Shown in pieces: positions 30,164 to 39,831 of a DNA stretch of 64,000 nucleotides. Location of the stretch: the NCBI GenBank assembly GCA_947085655.1, contig CAMTXH010000003.1, positions 29,850-93,849 on the forward strand. Reading direction: 5' to 3'. The notes under the pieces are model-generated. The model was not told the DNA's origin. It saw only the letters and a list, made by a program, of their open reading frames with translations, and made no database searches. The DNA comes from an uncultured Omnitrophica bacterium (GTDB lineage: Bacteria > Omnitrophota > Gorgyraeia > JACQQV01). The stretch's first letter is position 1. The number at the start of each line of letters is the position of its first letter. The translations under genes were made by a program, and so were the position numbers.

Positions 30164-31273
30164 CTACCTTTCGAGTTTTCCCGAAACGAAATGCTTCACC
30201 ATCTCGCGCGCTTTTTCGTCGCAGATCTGTTTGGGGGGATGTTTCATGGTATAGGCGGAGATGGAGACAAGGGGGCCTCCGATCCCGCGATCCCGCGCAA
30301 TCCGGCAGCAGCGGATCGCGTCAATCGCAACGCCGGCCGAGTTGGGGGAGTCTTCGACGGAGAGTCGCAGCTCGAGTTCGAGGGGGATGCCGCCGAAGCC
30401 GCGTCCCTCGATCCGGATAAAGCAGACTTTGTTGTCCTTCTGCCAGGGGACGTAATCCGAAGGGCCGATATGGATATTTTCGGTCGAAAGAGGGGTCGAA
30501 AGCGCCGACTGCACCGCCTCGGTTTTTGAAATCTTCTTTGACTTAAGTCGCGATCTATCCATCATGTTCAGAAAATCGGTGTTCCCACCCGTATTCAGCT
30601 GGTAGGTCCGTTCAATCTTGATGCCCCGGTCGTTGAAGAGTTTCACCAGGGAGCGGTGGAGGATCGTTGCCCCGAGTTGCGATTTGATGTCGTCCCCCAC
30701 AATGGGAATGCCCTTTTCCCGAAAACGGTCTGCCCAACTTCGCTCGCTTGCGATGAAGACCGGGATGCAGTTGATGAAACTCACTCCCACTTCAAGGCAA
30801 CATTCGGCATAAAACTGGGTTGCTTTCTCCGAGCCGACCGGAAGATAATTGAGGAGGATTTCGACGCCGCTTTCCCGGAGGACCTTTTTCACATCCGCCG
30901 GCTTTTGCGAGGAGGCGACAAAGCGCTCCGATTCAGGGTAATTTTCCATATGGGGGGCGATACTGTCATGCATTTCGCCCATCTGAACGGTGATCTGGGA
31001 ATCGAGGAAATTCGTATAGATCGGTTTGGTGCAGTTCGGAAGGGAAAAGAGCGCCTCCTTTAAAGGCTTGCTCACTTTCCGGACGTCTACGTCGAATGCG
31101 CAGACCGGGGTGATGTCCTCCGGCGTGTAGCCGCCGACCTCGTAGTTCATGAGGCCGATCGATTCTTTTTTCCCGTTTTGAGAATGGGCGCGATAGTATT
31201 CGATTCCCTGGACCAGGGAGCTGGCGCAGTTTCCGACGCCGACAATTCCGATCCTTATCTTCCTATCTGACAT
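30164..31273 (-). CDS. ino1: myo-inositol-1-phosphate synthase
   Basis: The roughly 369-aa product starts MSDRKIRIGIVGVGNCASSL with a Rossmann NAD site. The ORF-track start at 31291 is a TTG that lies inside the promoter -10. Confidence 0.9.
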   Translation of the reverse strand: MSDRKIRIGIVGVGNCASSLVQGIEYYRAHSQNGKKESIGLMNYEVGGYTPEDITPVCAFDVDVRKVSKPLKEALFSLPNCTKPIYTNFLDSQITVQMGEMHDSIAPHMENYPESERFVASSQKPADVKKVLRESGVEILLNYLPVGSEKATQFYAECCLEVGVSFINCIPVFIASERSWADRFREKGIPIVGDDIKSQLGATILHRSLVKLFNDRGIKIERTYQLNTGGNTDFLNMMDRSRLKSKKISKTEAVQSALSTPLSTENIHIGPSDYVPWQKDNKVCFIRIEGRGFGGIPLELELRLSVEDSPNSAGVAIDAIRCCRIARDRGIGGPLVSISAYTMKHPPKQICDEKAREMVKHFVSGKLER

Positions 31274-31282
31274 GGTGAAAAT

Positions 31283-31310
31283 ATTATACAAAAAGCAAAC
31301 CCTTTGTCAA
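31283..31310 (-). promoter_or_regulatory. consensus sigma70 promoter TTGACA-N16-TATAAT on minus strand, 9 nt upstream of ino1 ATG (near-leaderless)
   Basis: Read on the reverse complement as cactcgTTGACAaagggtttgctttttgTATAATattttcaccATG. Confidence 0.6.
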
Positions 31311-31427
31311 CGAGTGATTTTTCTTTGCCCCGCTTTCCTTTTCTTGGTATACTCCTCCCAGACGAAAAAAGGGAGGGAATCGAAGATTTTTTCTATAACT
31401 ATTTTTGGTTAAAAGAGTTATAATGAT

Positions 31428-32177
31428 ATGGTGGAAGTGGTGGTGGTCGGTTCAGGAACAGGGGTTCCTTCCGTCAAGCGGGCCTCGCCGAGCTATCTTT
31501 TGAGACTTTCAAACCAGATGCTCTTGGTCGATCTGGGGCCGGGGACCTTGCGGCGACTTGCGGAACTGGAGGTCCGGATTCAGGAGATTGACGGGATCTG
31601 CTGCACCCATTTTCATCCGGACCATATCGCGGACCTTGTCCATTTTTTCTTCGCCTCCAAAAATCCGATGGACCCCCGGAAAAAGCCGCTCACCCTTTTT
31701 GCCGCCCCGAAAATCCGGTCGTTTTACGATGAACTCCTCTACGCTTATGAGGGGGTTTTTCGGCCTGATTTCCCCTTTTCCATTGTCACCCTGGAAGATT
31801 CCCAGCACGATGAGGCCCATTTCCGTTTGTTCACGCTCCCGATCCTCCACACCCCCCACAGCATCGGTTTCCGGTTCGAGTCGGAAGGGAAGGTGGTGGT
31901 CTTTTCCGGAGATACGGATGTCTGCGATAATCTGGTCACGCTTGCGCATGGAGCGGACCTTTTTGTCTTGGAATGTTCCTTCCCCGATTCGATGAAGGTG
32001 CAGGGGCATCTTGTTCCAAAGGAATGCGGTCAGCTGGCCCAGAAGGCGGAGGTGAAGCGGCTCCTCTTAAGCCACTTTTATCCTCCTTGTGAGGGGGCGG
32101 ATCTTGTGGGGGCCTGTAAAAAATTTTACACCGGAGAGATACTTTTGGCGTCGGATGGACTTCGAGTCAGGGTGTAG
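31428..32177 (+). CDS. MBL-fold metallo-hydrolase
   Basis: The product has the HxHxDH motif CTHFHPDH and downstream His/Asp ligands. Confidence 0.8.
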   Translation: MVEVVVVGSGTGVPSVKRASPSYLLRLSNQMLLVDLGPGTLRRLAELEVRIQEIDGICCTHFHPDHIADLVHFFFASKNPMDPRKKPLTLFAAPKIRSFYDELLYAYEGVFRPDFPFSIVTLEDSQHDEAHFRLFTLPILHTPHSIGFRFESEGKVVVFSGDTDVCDNLVTLAHGADLFVLECSFPDSMKVQGHLVPKECGQLAQKAEVKRLLLSHFYPPCEGADLVGACKKFYTGEILLASDGLRVRV

Positions 32178-32180
32178 GAA

Positions 32181-33383
32181 TCAGGCGGCGACTTCGTTCA
32201 AGAGGGTGAGAAACGCTTCCGAGACGCGGGGATCGAATTGACTGCCGATGTTCCGCTTGATTTCAAGGATGGCATCCGGCACACTCATCGCTTTCCGGTA
32301 GGCCCGGTCCGTGGTCATTGCATCAAAAGCATCCGCCAGTGAGACCACGCGGGCAATGGTCGGAATAGTCTCCCCAATGAGTCCATCCGGATAGCCGTTT
32401 CCATCATACCTTTCATGGTGGTTCCGCACGACGCTGATGCCATGATGGAGAAAGCGGAGCGGCTCCAGCATTTCAGCGCCGCGGCTCGGGTGGAGCTCGA
32501 TCTGCGCCCGCTCCGTCACCGTCAATTTTCCCGGTTTGTCCAGAATCTGGTCCGGAATCGCAATCTTTCCGATATCATGGAGTTTCCCGGTGGAGCGGAT
32601 GGCATCCAACTCCGTTTCGGCCAGTCCGATCCTCCGTCCCATCTCCAGGGCATAGCGGGTCACCCGTTCCGCATGGCCCCGCGTATACGAATGACGCGCC
32701 TCCATCGCCATCACAAGAGCGTTGATGGTGTCCAGGTATCCGACCTGTGTCTCTTCGTGCAGCTTGGCGTTTTTAATCGCAAGGGCCGTTTGAGAGGCGA
32801 AAGTGGAGAGGAGCCGTTTCTGTTTGGAGGTGAAGACGCCGGGTTGTCGCCCGTAGACGGTCAGCGTGCCGAGGACCTCGTCATAAAAAAGGATTGGGGA
32901 AGACATGATGGAGCGATACCCCTCCTCAACCACCAGTTGCGGATATCGGACCCTGTCGTCCTTCAAGACGTCATCGACCAAAATGATGATTCTTTCCTTA
33001 ATAGCCCGCCCCGGGATTCCTTCTCCCAGTTTCAGGGGGGTTTTAAGGAGGTAATCATTCGCAAGACCGTAAACCGATCCGGGGGGGAGGAGTTTTTTCT
33101 CTTCATTGTAGAGCCGGAGGGAACAAGCATCCGCCTTCATGATTTCGGCGACGAGACGGACCACCAAATCCGAAACATCCGAAAAGGTGGGAAAGCTGAC
33201 CAGCCCGTTTGAAACCTGAAAGACCGCTTCCAGTTCCCGGTTCAGATGCTGAAGATAGTCACTCCGGGCAAGCGCCTTTTTTTTGAAGCTTTGAGCGAGG
33301 GTTTGGTACTTCTGGAGGTTTTGTTGGAGGACGTCAACCTTTTTGGAGCGGGGACTCTTCCTTTTTTGAGATATTCCCATCAA
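32181..33383 (-). CDS. GAF sensor domain / HD-GYP domain protein (putative c-di-GMP phosphodiesterase)
   Basis: An N-terminal GAF domain is followed by an HD domain with HD...HHERYDGNGYP. Confidence 0.85.
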   Translation of the reverse strand: MMGISQKRKSPRSKKVDVLQQNLQKYQTLAQSFKKKALARSDYLQHLNRELEAVFQVSNGLVSFPTFSDVSDLVVRLVAEIMKADACSLRLYNEEKKLLPPGSVYGLANDYLLKTPLKLGEGIPGRAIKERIIILVDDVLKDDRVRYPQLVVEEGYRSIMSSPILFYDEVLGTLTVYGRQPGVFTSKQKRLLSTFASQTALAIKNAKLHEETQVGYLDTINALVMAMEARHSYTRGHAERVTRYALEMGRRIGLAETELDAIRSTGKLHDIGKIAIPDQILDKPGKLTVTERAQIELHPSRGAEMLEPLRFLHHGISVVRNHHERYDGNGYPDGLIGETIPTIARVVSLADAFDAMTTDRAYRKAMSVPDAILEIKRNIGSQFDPRVSEAFLTLLNEVAA

Positions 33384-33645
33384 CCGATTGTCTCCTTCCC
33401 TGGGAGACGGGATATGAAAATTGACAAAATGTGTAAACTATTAGATGTGAATCACCGTCTTTAATAAAGTATACACAAGAACTTCCATCTTGTCAAGGGA
33501 ACCGCCCCTTTTTGAAAAGAGGCCTTTGTTTCCCCTTTAAAGATAAGGGATAATGACTTTTATCATATTAAATAAATCATTTTTAAATGAACCTTGTTTT
33601 GTTATAATGAGCGCCGATTGACAGATTGTTTCGAAGCAGAAAAAA

Positions 33646-34191
33646 GTGAAAAGAATCCTTGTCGGAATATTCATAGCAGGGATCCTCGGACTCGGGGTCT
33701 ACGGCTACCTGGAGGGCTATTATTACCGGGATGATCCCTTGTGGATTTCTCCCCTTCCTCTGGAAGTGGGTTTCCAGATTCGGAGAGATAGTCTTGGACG
33801 GGGTGAATTCGGTGCGCGGCGAAGCGGCGGCAGGCGCCACAAAGGGGTCGACCTTCTGGCTCCCTCAGAGACACCTGTTTTTGCGACCCGCTCCGGCTGG
33901 GTTAAGATCGGAAACGTCCCGAAGGGAATGGGTAACTATGTTGCGATCATGCACCGGGACGGCTATCAGTCCATCTACGGGCATCTTTCGGAAGTTCGTG
34001 TAAAGGACAGAAGGCGGATCCGCCAGGGAACCGTTGTCGGTGCAGTCGGCAAAACAGGGAATGCCGATTCCGACCGGATCAAACCCCATCTCCATTTTGA
34101 AGTCCGGCATGAAGGTAGACCAGTCAACCCTTTGCTGCTTCTCACCGAAGCGTTTTCCAATTCCCCCCGCGCCGATAGGATGCCGAGATAG
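33646..34191 (+). CDS. M23 family metallopeptidase
   Basis: The product has a signal/TM and the motifs HKGVDL...HLHFE. It has a GTG start. Confidence 0.8.
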   Translation: MKRILVGIFIAGILGLGVYGYLEGYYYRDDPLWISPLPLEVGFQIRRDSLGRGEFGARRSGGRRHKGVDLLAPSETPVFATRSGWVKIGNVPKGMGNYVAIMHRDGYQSIYGHLSEVRVKDRRRIRQGTVVGAVGKTGNADSDRIKPHLHFEVRHEGRPVNPLLLLTEAFSNSPRADRMPR

Positions 34192-34213
34192 ACCTCGAGA
34201 CATAGTAGGGCGG

Positions 34214-34243
34214 TTGACAAAACGGCTTTTTAACCGTTATACT
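34214..34243 (+). promoter_or_regulatory. sigma70-like promoter TTGACA-N18-TATACT ending 7 nt before queD GTG
   Basis: Read from the sequence. The spacer contains the palindrome AACGG-cttttta-CCGTT. Confidence 0.45.
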
Positions 34244-34250
34244 ATCAACC

Positions 34251-34619
34251 GTGGTCTACCTTACCAAAAAAGTCCGTTTCAGCGCAAGCCACGTCTTGAA
34301 GCAGCCGAAAGGGAAGGATCTGCCTCACGGACACAACTACACCCTGGAAGTGACGGTCCGGGGCGAGCCGGATCCCAAAAGCGGCCTTTTGATTGATTTT
34401 GACCGTCTGGGTGATGCCATTGAAAAAAAGGTTTTGTCGAAGGTAAACTATAAACACCTTGACGAAACAACCCCTTTTCTGGAAGGAAAGGCCCCGACGG
34501 CGGAAAATCTTGTAAAGACATTCTGGAAGGGGCTGGAACATTCCTTTCCGGAGGGAACACTCGTGGAAATCCGGCTGCACCAGGGAGATGGGGAAACGGC
34601 CGCCTATCGGGGGGAGTGA
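34251..34619 (+). CDS. queD: 6-carboxytetrahydropterin synthase QueD / 6-pyruvoyl-tetrahydropterin synthase
   Basis: The 122-aa product starts [16 protein letters not shown]...HGHNY, which is the PTPS fold with its zinc-binding His residues. Confidence 0.85.
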   Translation: MVYLTKKVRFSASHVLKQPKGKDLPHGHNYTLEVTVRGEPDPKSGLLIDFDRLGDAIEKKVLSKVNYKHLDETTPFLEGKAPTAENLVKTFWKGLEHSFPEGTLVEIRLHQGDGETAAYRGE

Positions 34620-35203
34620 TGGAACGAATGGACGTTAAAGAAGTTTCGATTTCGGAGTGGGTGCGGGAGTTCCTGCACCAGATCGGCGAGGATCCTTCAA
34701 GGGCCGGGCTTTTGAAAACACCCGAGCGGTTTGAGAAGAGCATCCGATATCTGACGAGCGGCTATGAAAAGGACATCCGGTCGGTCCTGAACGGCGCTCT
34801 GTTTGAAGAGCCCTACGATGAAATGGTGACGGTTCGGGATATCGAGCTTTTCAGTCTTTGCGAACACCATCTCCTTCCTTTTTACGGCAAGTGTCATGTG
34901 GCCTACATTCCGGACGGTCGCCTCATCGGTCTTTCCAAGATCCCGCGTCTGGTGGATGTTTTTGCGAGACGCCTCCAGGTCCAGGAGCGGCTCACCAACC
35001 AGATCGCCACCTCCCTCCAGGAGATTTTGAAACCGCAGGGGGTGGCGGTGGTGATTGAGGCGTTTCATCTCTGCATGGCGATGCGCGGGGTCGAAAAACA
35101 GAATGCCTTTGCCGTCACCAGTACCATGCTCGGGGTCTTTCGAAAGGATCCCCGTTCGCGGTCTGAGTTCATGACGCTGATTCAAAGCGAGCGGCGCAAG
35201 TGA
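34616..35203 (+). CDS. folE: GTP cyclohydrolase I
   Basis: The 195-aa product contains CEHHLLPF and the FolE signature. It overlaps queD by 4 nt. Confidence 0.95.
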   Translation: MMERMDVKEVSISEWVREFLHQIGEDPSRAGLLKTPERFEKSIRYLTSGYEKDIRSVLNGALFEEPYDEMVTVRDIELFSLCEHHLLPFYGKCHVAYIPDGRLIGLSKIPRLVDVFARRLQVQERLTNQIATSLQEILKPQGVAVVIEAFHLCMAMRGVEKQNAFAVTSTMLGVFRKDPRSRSEFMTLIQSERRK

Positions 35204-35412
35204 ATTGTAAAATTTTTTTTGTCTTGGGCATCCTTTTATCAGGATGCGCGGCCTCTTCTGCCACGAACCGCCCCTACCGAGATCCCGTCACCTATTCCTT
35301 TGAGGCCTACACCCCCCATCAAAAAGAGGAAGGCCCGATGAACCAGTTTCTCACCCACATGAAGGAATCCGCCCGCACCATTCAGGATTGGGAAAAGAAA
35401 CACCTCTGGTAG
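35200..35412 (+). CDS. small hypothetical lipoprotein
   Basis: The 70-aa product has a lipobox LLSGC. Its GTG start overlaps the folE stop. Confidence 0.45.
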   Translation: MNCKIFFVLGILLSGCAASSATNRPYRDPVTYSFEAYTPHQKEEGPMNQFLTHMKESARTIQDWEKKHLW

Positions 35413-35467
35413 CCCTTTTTTATTGAAGCTTTGAATTTCCATTGCCATTTATTTAAAGGAGGGTTGC

Positions 35468-35881
35468 ATGAAATCCCACACCGAATATCTCTGGGTCAAT
35501 ACCAAAAAGCACCGGGAAATCGTCTATCTCACGGACCAAGTGGAGTCCATCGTCAAAAAGAGCAAGATTCAGGAGGGATTTGTCCTCGTCTCCGCCATGC
35601 ATATTACGGCCAGCGTCTATATCAACGACAATGAGGACGGTCTTTTCCGGGATATGGAAGAGTGGCTTCAGAAGCTTTGTCCGGAGGGGCCCGATTACCA
35701 CCATCACAAATCAGGGGAGACAAACGGGGACGCGCACCTGAAAAATCTCCTCATGGGGCATCAGGTCGTTGTCCCGATTACCAAAGGAAAGTTGGATCTT
35801 GGCCCGTGGCAATCGGTTTTTTACTACGAATTTGACGGCCAGCGGAAGAAGCGTGTTTTGGTCAAGGCGATTGGGGAGTAA
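35468..35881 (+). CDS. YjbQ/UPF0047 family protein (secondary thiamine-phosphate synthase-like)
   Basis: The 137-aa product contains ...[12 protein letters not shown]...GPDYHHH..., which is the YjbQ signature. Confidence 0.85.
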   Translation: MKSHTEYLWVNTKKHREIVYLTDQVESIVKKSKIQEGFVLVSAMHITASVYINDNEDGLFRDMEEWLQKLCPEGPDYHHHKSGETNGDAHLKNLLMGHQVVVPITKGKLDLGPWQSVFYYEFDGQRKKRVLVKAIGE

Positions 35882-35964
35882 ACTCCGCCAGAAGCGGGGT
35901 AAACCTTTTTCAAGCCCCTCCGTCTAATACGACAGAAACCCGAAAAACGGAGGAGGAAAAAAAG

Positions 35965-36849
35965 ATGAGAAAGACACCATTAGCAGTTTTGATTTCGCTC
36001 TTATTCCTTGGTATACAAGGAGTTCCGGCGATTGCCGAGGAGGCCGAGAACGGTTTGGTTGAGGCCACCCGAGAAGAGGAGATCGCTCTTCGGGCCCTAA
36101 AACAAAAAGACCCCGAGGTGTATCGGAAGCATATTGCCGAAAAAAAGGAGAAACTTCGGGAGCGGCTGAAGCAACTAAGGGAAGAGGACATTGAGAAATT
36201 TCATGAGGTCATGAAGCAGCATCAAAACGCCCGGAGGCGGCACCTTTCCAATCTTAAGGAAAAAGATCCGGAGAAATTCCGGGAAATCATGCATCGGCGA
36301 AGAGAAGCACTAGAGCAGAGACTGCACGAACTGAGGGAGAATCATCCCGAGCGGTACGAAGAGATCATGAAGCGCCGGCAGGCACACCGTCATGAGGGAA
36401 AACATCACGACCGGCATGGGGAACATCACGACCGGCACGAAGATCGCCGGGATAGACGGGAAGATATTCGGGACCGGAGAGAAGATATCCGAGACACCCA
36501 GCATGACGGCGGTGTAAGGGATCGAATTGAGGATCGGCATGACCGGCGTGAGGATCGTTGGGATCGCCGGGAAGACCGGTTTGATCAGCGAGAGAACCGT
36601 TGGGACCGGCGTGAAGGCCGGTATGACCGGAGAGAGGATGTCCGGGACCGTTTTGAGGACCGATTCGACCGTCGGGACGACGCCCATGAGCGGGTCATTG
36701 AAAGAAGAGAAGGGGCAATGGACCGGCTCTCCGGAACACCTGCTAACCGGCGGGCGGTAGAACGTCACGGTCAAAATATCGAGCGTTATCGGGAAAAACA
36801 GGGAGGCGGCGGAGGACGTCATGGCGGCAGAGGAGATCGCGGCCGTTAA
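35965..36849 (+). CDS. secreted Spy/CpxP/ZraP-like periplasmic protein with His-rich segment and long Arg/Asp/Glu repeat tail
   Basis: A signal peptide is present. Three LxxxDPExYRxxI repeats in helical segments precede HHDRHGEHHDRH and about 20 copies of DRRED/DRFED-like motifs. Confidence 0.6.
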   Translation: MRKTPLAVLISLLFLGIQGVPAIAEEAENGLVEATREEEIALRALKQKDPEVYRKHIAEKKEKLRERLKQLREEDIEKFHEVMKQHQNARRRHLSNLKEKDPEKFREIMHRRREALEQRLHELRENHPERYEEIMKRRQAHRHEGKHHDRHGEHHDRHEDRRDRREDIRDRREDIRDTQHDGGVRDRIEDRHDRREDRWDRREDRFDQRENRWDRREGRYDRREDVRDRFEDRFDRRDDAHERVIERREGAMDRLSGTPANRRAVERHGQNIERYREKQGGGGGRHGGRGDRGR

Positions 36850-37435
36850 TGCCGCATCCGATCTCGACCTGGTTCACCGTGTTCAGGAACACGATGATCT
36901 CAGGGCATACGAAACCCTTGTCAGGCGCTATGAGAAAGAAGCATTCGGCCTTGCCTATACCCTTGTGGGAGACCGGGAAGAAGTGAAAGACCTGCTTCAA
37001 GAAAGTTTTTTCAGTCTCTACCGATCCATCAAAATGTACCGCGGCGAGGCAAGTTTCAGGACCTATTTTTTCAAAATCGTTGTGAACCGGTGCCGGGATG
37101 CCCAGCGAAGAAAGAGTTCCTGGGGAAAAATCTTCTGGTCCCCCTCAGCCGACATTGAGGGGGAATCCCTGGAGGGAATCACGGAGAAGACTCCCTCTGA
37201 TGCTTTGATCCGGACGGAACTCGGCCGGGAGATTCATTCGGCACTGAAACGACTCCCGTGGCGCCAGCGAACCGTTTTCTCCTTGAAATTCATGGAAGGG
37301 ATGAAGATCCGTGAAATTGCGGAGATGACCGGCTTGAGCGAAGGAACCGTGAAAGCCACCCTTTTCCATGCCGTCTTGAAAATGCGGCAGGCCCTTAAAA
37401 CCGCGCTCGGTTTGGAGTCGGAGGTACACTCATGA
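36821..37435 (+). CDS. ECF (sigma-24 family) RNA polymerase sigma factor
   Basis: The 204-aa product has sigma70 regions 2 and 4 (FMEGMKIREIAEMTGLSEGTVKA). It overlaps the upstream gene by 29 nt. Confidence 0.85.
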   Translation: MAAEEIAAVNAASDLDLVHRVQEHDDLRAYETLVRRYEKEAFGLAYTLVGDREEVKDLLQESFFSLYRSIKMYRGEASFRTYFFKIVVNRCRDAQRRKSSWGKIFWSPSADIEGESLEGITEKTPSDALIRTELGREIHSALKRLPWRQRTVFSLKFMEGMKIREIAEMTGLSEGTVKATLFHAVLKMRQALKTALGLESEVHS

Positions 37436-38052
37436 ACTGTCGCACATTGCAGGAAAGATTGATCGAATCTTTTGACCAGGAACGGTCACCGGAGGAGACT
37501 TCCCATCTTTCCGCCTGTTCCGCATGCCTGGGACTGTTCGAGGAACTCAAGCGATTCCGGTCCGAAATAAAGAAAGCTCAGGCCGCACCGGATACCGCCT
37601 TTTTCGATGAGATGCGCCGAGGGCTTTTTGCACAAATCCGGGAAAACCGTCCCTCGAAGGAGATCCGGGTCACTCCCATTTTCCGAAAAGAGCGGATTCC
37701 GGTTTGGGCACCGGTGCTGGCCGGCCTTTTAGTCCTCGCGCTCATCCCGGTCCTCCTCTCCCGTCAACAGCTCCCGACGATTCAGGGGGACCTTGCCTTT
37801 CTCGGCGCGCTGGAGACAGTCGAGGGGGAAGTTTCGATAGAAGTCTATCCGGAGGATCCGGTCCTCCTGGAAGAGGAGATTGCGATCACGGATGAACTGC
37901 TCCTTGCCCAGTCGGAGGAACCGGAAGGGGAGGTCTGGATTCAGGAAACCTTCCAGCTTTTGGAGACGCTGGAAGAGACGGAGGACCTTGAGTCTGACCC
38001 GGCCCTTCTGGAGGAAGAGTTCCTTTTTTTGGATGAGGTCCTTTCGGGATAA
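37432..38052 (+). CDS. anti-sigma factor (zinc-finger ZAS-like, single TM)
   Basis: HLSACSACLGLFEE is an H..C..C motif. A TM helix is followed by an acidic periplasmic tail. The ATGA overlap with the ECF sigma indicates translational coupling. Confidence 0.7.
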   Translation: MNCRTLQERLIESFDQERSPEETSHLSACSACLGLFEELKRFRSEIKKAQAAPDTAFFDEMRRGLFAQIRENRPSKEIRVTPIFRKERIPVWAPVLAGLLVLALIPVLLSRQQLPTIQGDLAFLGALETVEGEVSIEVYPEDPVLLEEEIAITDELLLAQSEEPEGEVWIQETFQLLETLEETEDLESDPALLEEEFLFLDEVLSG

Positions 38053-38055
38053 CGG

Positions 38056-38084
38056 TTGACATTTTCCCTTAAGCGTGTTAAATT
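38056..38084 (+). promoter_or_regulatory. candidate promoter TTGACA-N17-TAAATT upstream of gatC
   Basis: Sequence match only. The -10 abuts the RBS, so the position is uncertain. Confidence 0.35.
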
Positions 38085-38099
38085 AAGGAGAAAGGGAAA

Positions 38100-38387
38100 A
38101 TGATCAACCTGGAAACCGTCCATTATGTGGCTGCCCTGGCCCGAATCCGCTTGGAGGCGGAGGAATCCAAGGCCTTCACCGCGCAACTTTCCAAAATTCT
38201 CTCTTATTTCGAATCTCTGAAGCAAATTCCAACCGATAACATTGAACCGACCAGTCATGCCATTCCGATGCAGAATGTTTTCAGACCGGATGCTCCCAAA
38301 GGTTCTTTAAGTCAGGAAGAGGTGCTGGCACTGGCGCCAAAGCGTCGGGGAGGGTGGATCCAGGTGTTGCGGGTGATCGAAACATAG
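38100..38387 (+). CDS. gatC: Asp-tRNA(Asn)/Glu-tRNA(Gln) amidotransferase subunit C
   Basis: The 95-aa product belongs to the GatC family. Confidence 0.9.
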   Translation: MINLETVHYVAALARIRLEAEESKAFTAQLSKILSYFESLKQIPTDNIEPTSHAIPMQNVFRPDAPKGSLSQEEVLALAPKRRGGWIQVLRVIET

Positions 38388-38406
38388 GATTCAGCTAGGA
38401 TTCAGC

Positions 38407-39831
38407 GTGGATCTTTTTCGACAGACTGCCCATTCCCTCATCCGTTTGATTCAGGAAAAAAAGAGTTCTCCTTCCGAAATCATCGCCTCCCTCCGGCAGC
38501 GGATCAAAGCGGTTGACCCCTCCCTTCACGCCTATCTTTCGCTCGACGGGGAATTACAGGCGCCGGAATCCTTCCCCAAGGGCTCGTTTCAGGGTCTTCC
38601 CATCGGCATCAAAGACAATATCTGCGTGAAAGGGCGGCTCACGACCTGTTGTTCCAAAATTCTTGAAGGGTTCAGATCTCCTTATCATGCCACCGTGGTC
38701 AGGCGGCTTTTGGCTCAAGGTGTTTTTCCTTTCGGCCGGACAAACATGGATGAATTCGCCTTCGGGTCAAGCACGGAAACCTCCTGTTACGGCGTTACCT
38801 TCAATCCGTGGGATCGAAAGCGGATTCCGGGAGGGTCCAGCGGCGGCTCTGCCGCGGCCGTGGCTGCGGATGAGGCGATCTGGGCCCTTGGTTCGGATAC
38901 CGGCGGTTCCATCCGTCAGCCGGCTTCTCTTTGCAGCGTGGTTGGTCTCAAACCGACTTATGGGAGAGTTTCGCGGTACGGTCTGGTTGCGTTTGCCTCG
39001 AGCCTCGACCAGATTGGACCGATCACAAAGGACGTGGAGGATGCGGCTCTTCTTTTGGGGGTGATTGCCGGACGGGATGAGATGGATTCAACCTCAGCCG
39101 ATCTCCCGGTTCCCGATTACCGGAAAGCATTGAAAAAAGAGATCCGTGGGATTCGCCTCGGTGTTCCGAAAGAGCATTTTGAAAAAGGACTCGATCCGGA
39201 AGTGGAAGCGATCGTTCGTCGAGGCATCGACACCCTCAAACAACTAGGGGCTGAAATCAAGGAAGTGTCACTCCCGCATTCCCCTCAGGCGGTTGCGGTC
39301 TATTACATCGTCGCTCCGGCAGAAGCAAGTTCCAACCTTGCCCGTTTTGACGGCGTGCAGTACGGGTACCGAGAGGAAGGGGAGGACCTTCTTTCCACTT
39401 ACAGTCTCACCCGCAAGAGGGGTTTCGGGAAGGAAGCGAAACGGCGGATTATGCTCGGGACATACGCCCTTTCCAGCGGTTATTACGACGCCTATTACCT
39501 GAAGGCCCTCAAAGTTCGGACACTCATCAAACAGGATTTTGACCGGGCCTTCCGCAACTGCGATTGCCTTGCGGGGCCGGTGTCGCCGACCGCCGCGTTC
39601 CGACTCGGGGAAAAACTGGAAGATCCCCTGACGATGTATCTTTCGGATATTTATACGATCCCCGCGAACCTTGCCGGCATTCCGGCAATATCCATTCCGT
39701 GCGGCTTCACTCGAAGCGGCCTTCCGGTCGGGATTCAGTTTCTTGCGAGGCCCTTTGCGGAAGAGACCCTTTTTCAAGTGGCCTACGCCTTTGAGCAGAA
39801 CACCGATTTTCACGAGCGAAAGCCCCTTTGA
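38407..39831 (+). CDS. gatA: Glu-tRNA(Gln) amidotransferase subunit A
   Basis: The product has the amidase signature GGSSGGSAAAVA. It has a GTG start. Confidence 0.95.
   Translation: MDLFRQTAHSLIRLIQEKKSSPSEIIASLRQRIKAVDPSLHAYLSLDGELQAPESFPKGSFQGLPIGIKDNICVKGRLTTCCSKILEGFRSPYHATVVRRLLAQGVFPFGRTNMDEFAFGSSTETSCYGVTFNPWDRKRIPGGSSGGSAAAVAADEAIWALGSDTGGSIRQPASLCSVVGLKPTYGRVSRYGLVAFASSLDQIGPITKDVEDAALLLGVIAGRDEMDSTSADLPVPDYRKALKKEIRGIRLGVPKEHFEKGLDPEVEAIVRRGIDTLKQLGAEIKEVSLPHSPQAVAVYYIVAPAEASSNLARFDGVQYGYREEGEDLLSTYSLTRKRGFGKEAKRRIMLGTYALSSGYYDAYYLKALKVRTLIKQDFDRAFRNCDCLAGPVSPTAAFRLGEKLEDPLTMYLSDIYTIPANLAGIPAISIPCGFTRSGLPVGIQFLARPFAEETLFQVAYAFEQNTDFHERKPL

Noticed and set aside
36400-36700. Imperfect DNA tandem repeats that could be mistaken for a CRISPR-like array
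   Set aside because: They lie inside a CDS and encode the DRRED protein repeats. The repeat units are variable with no unique spacers. No cas genes are present.
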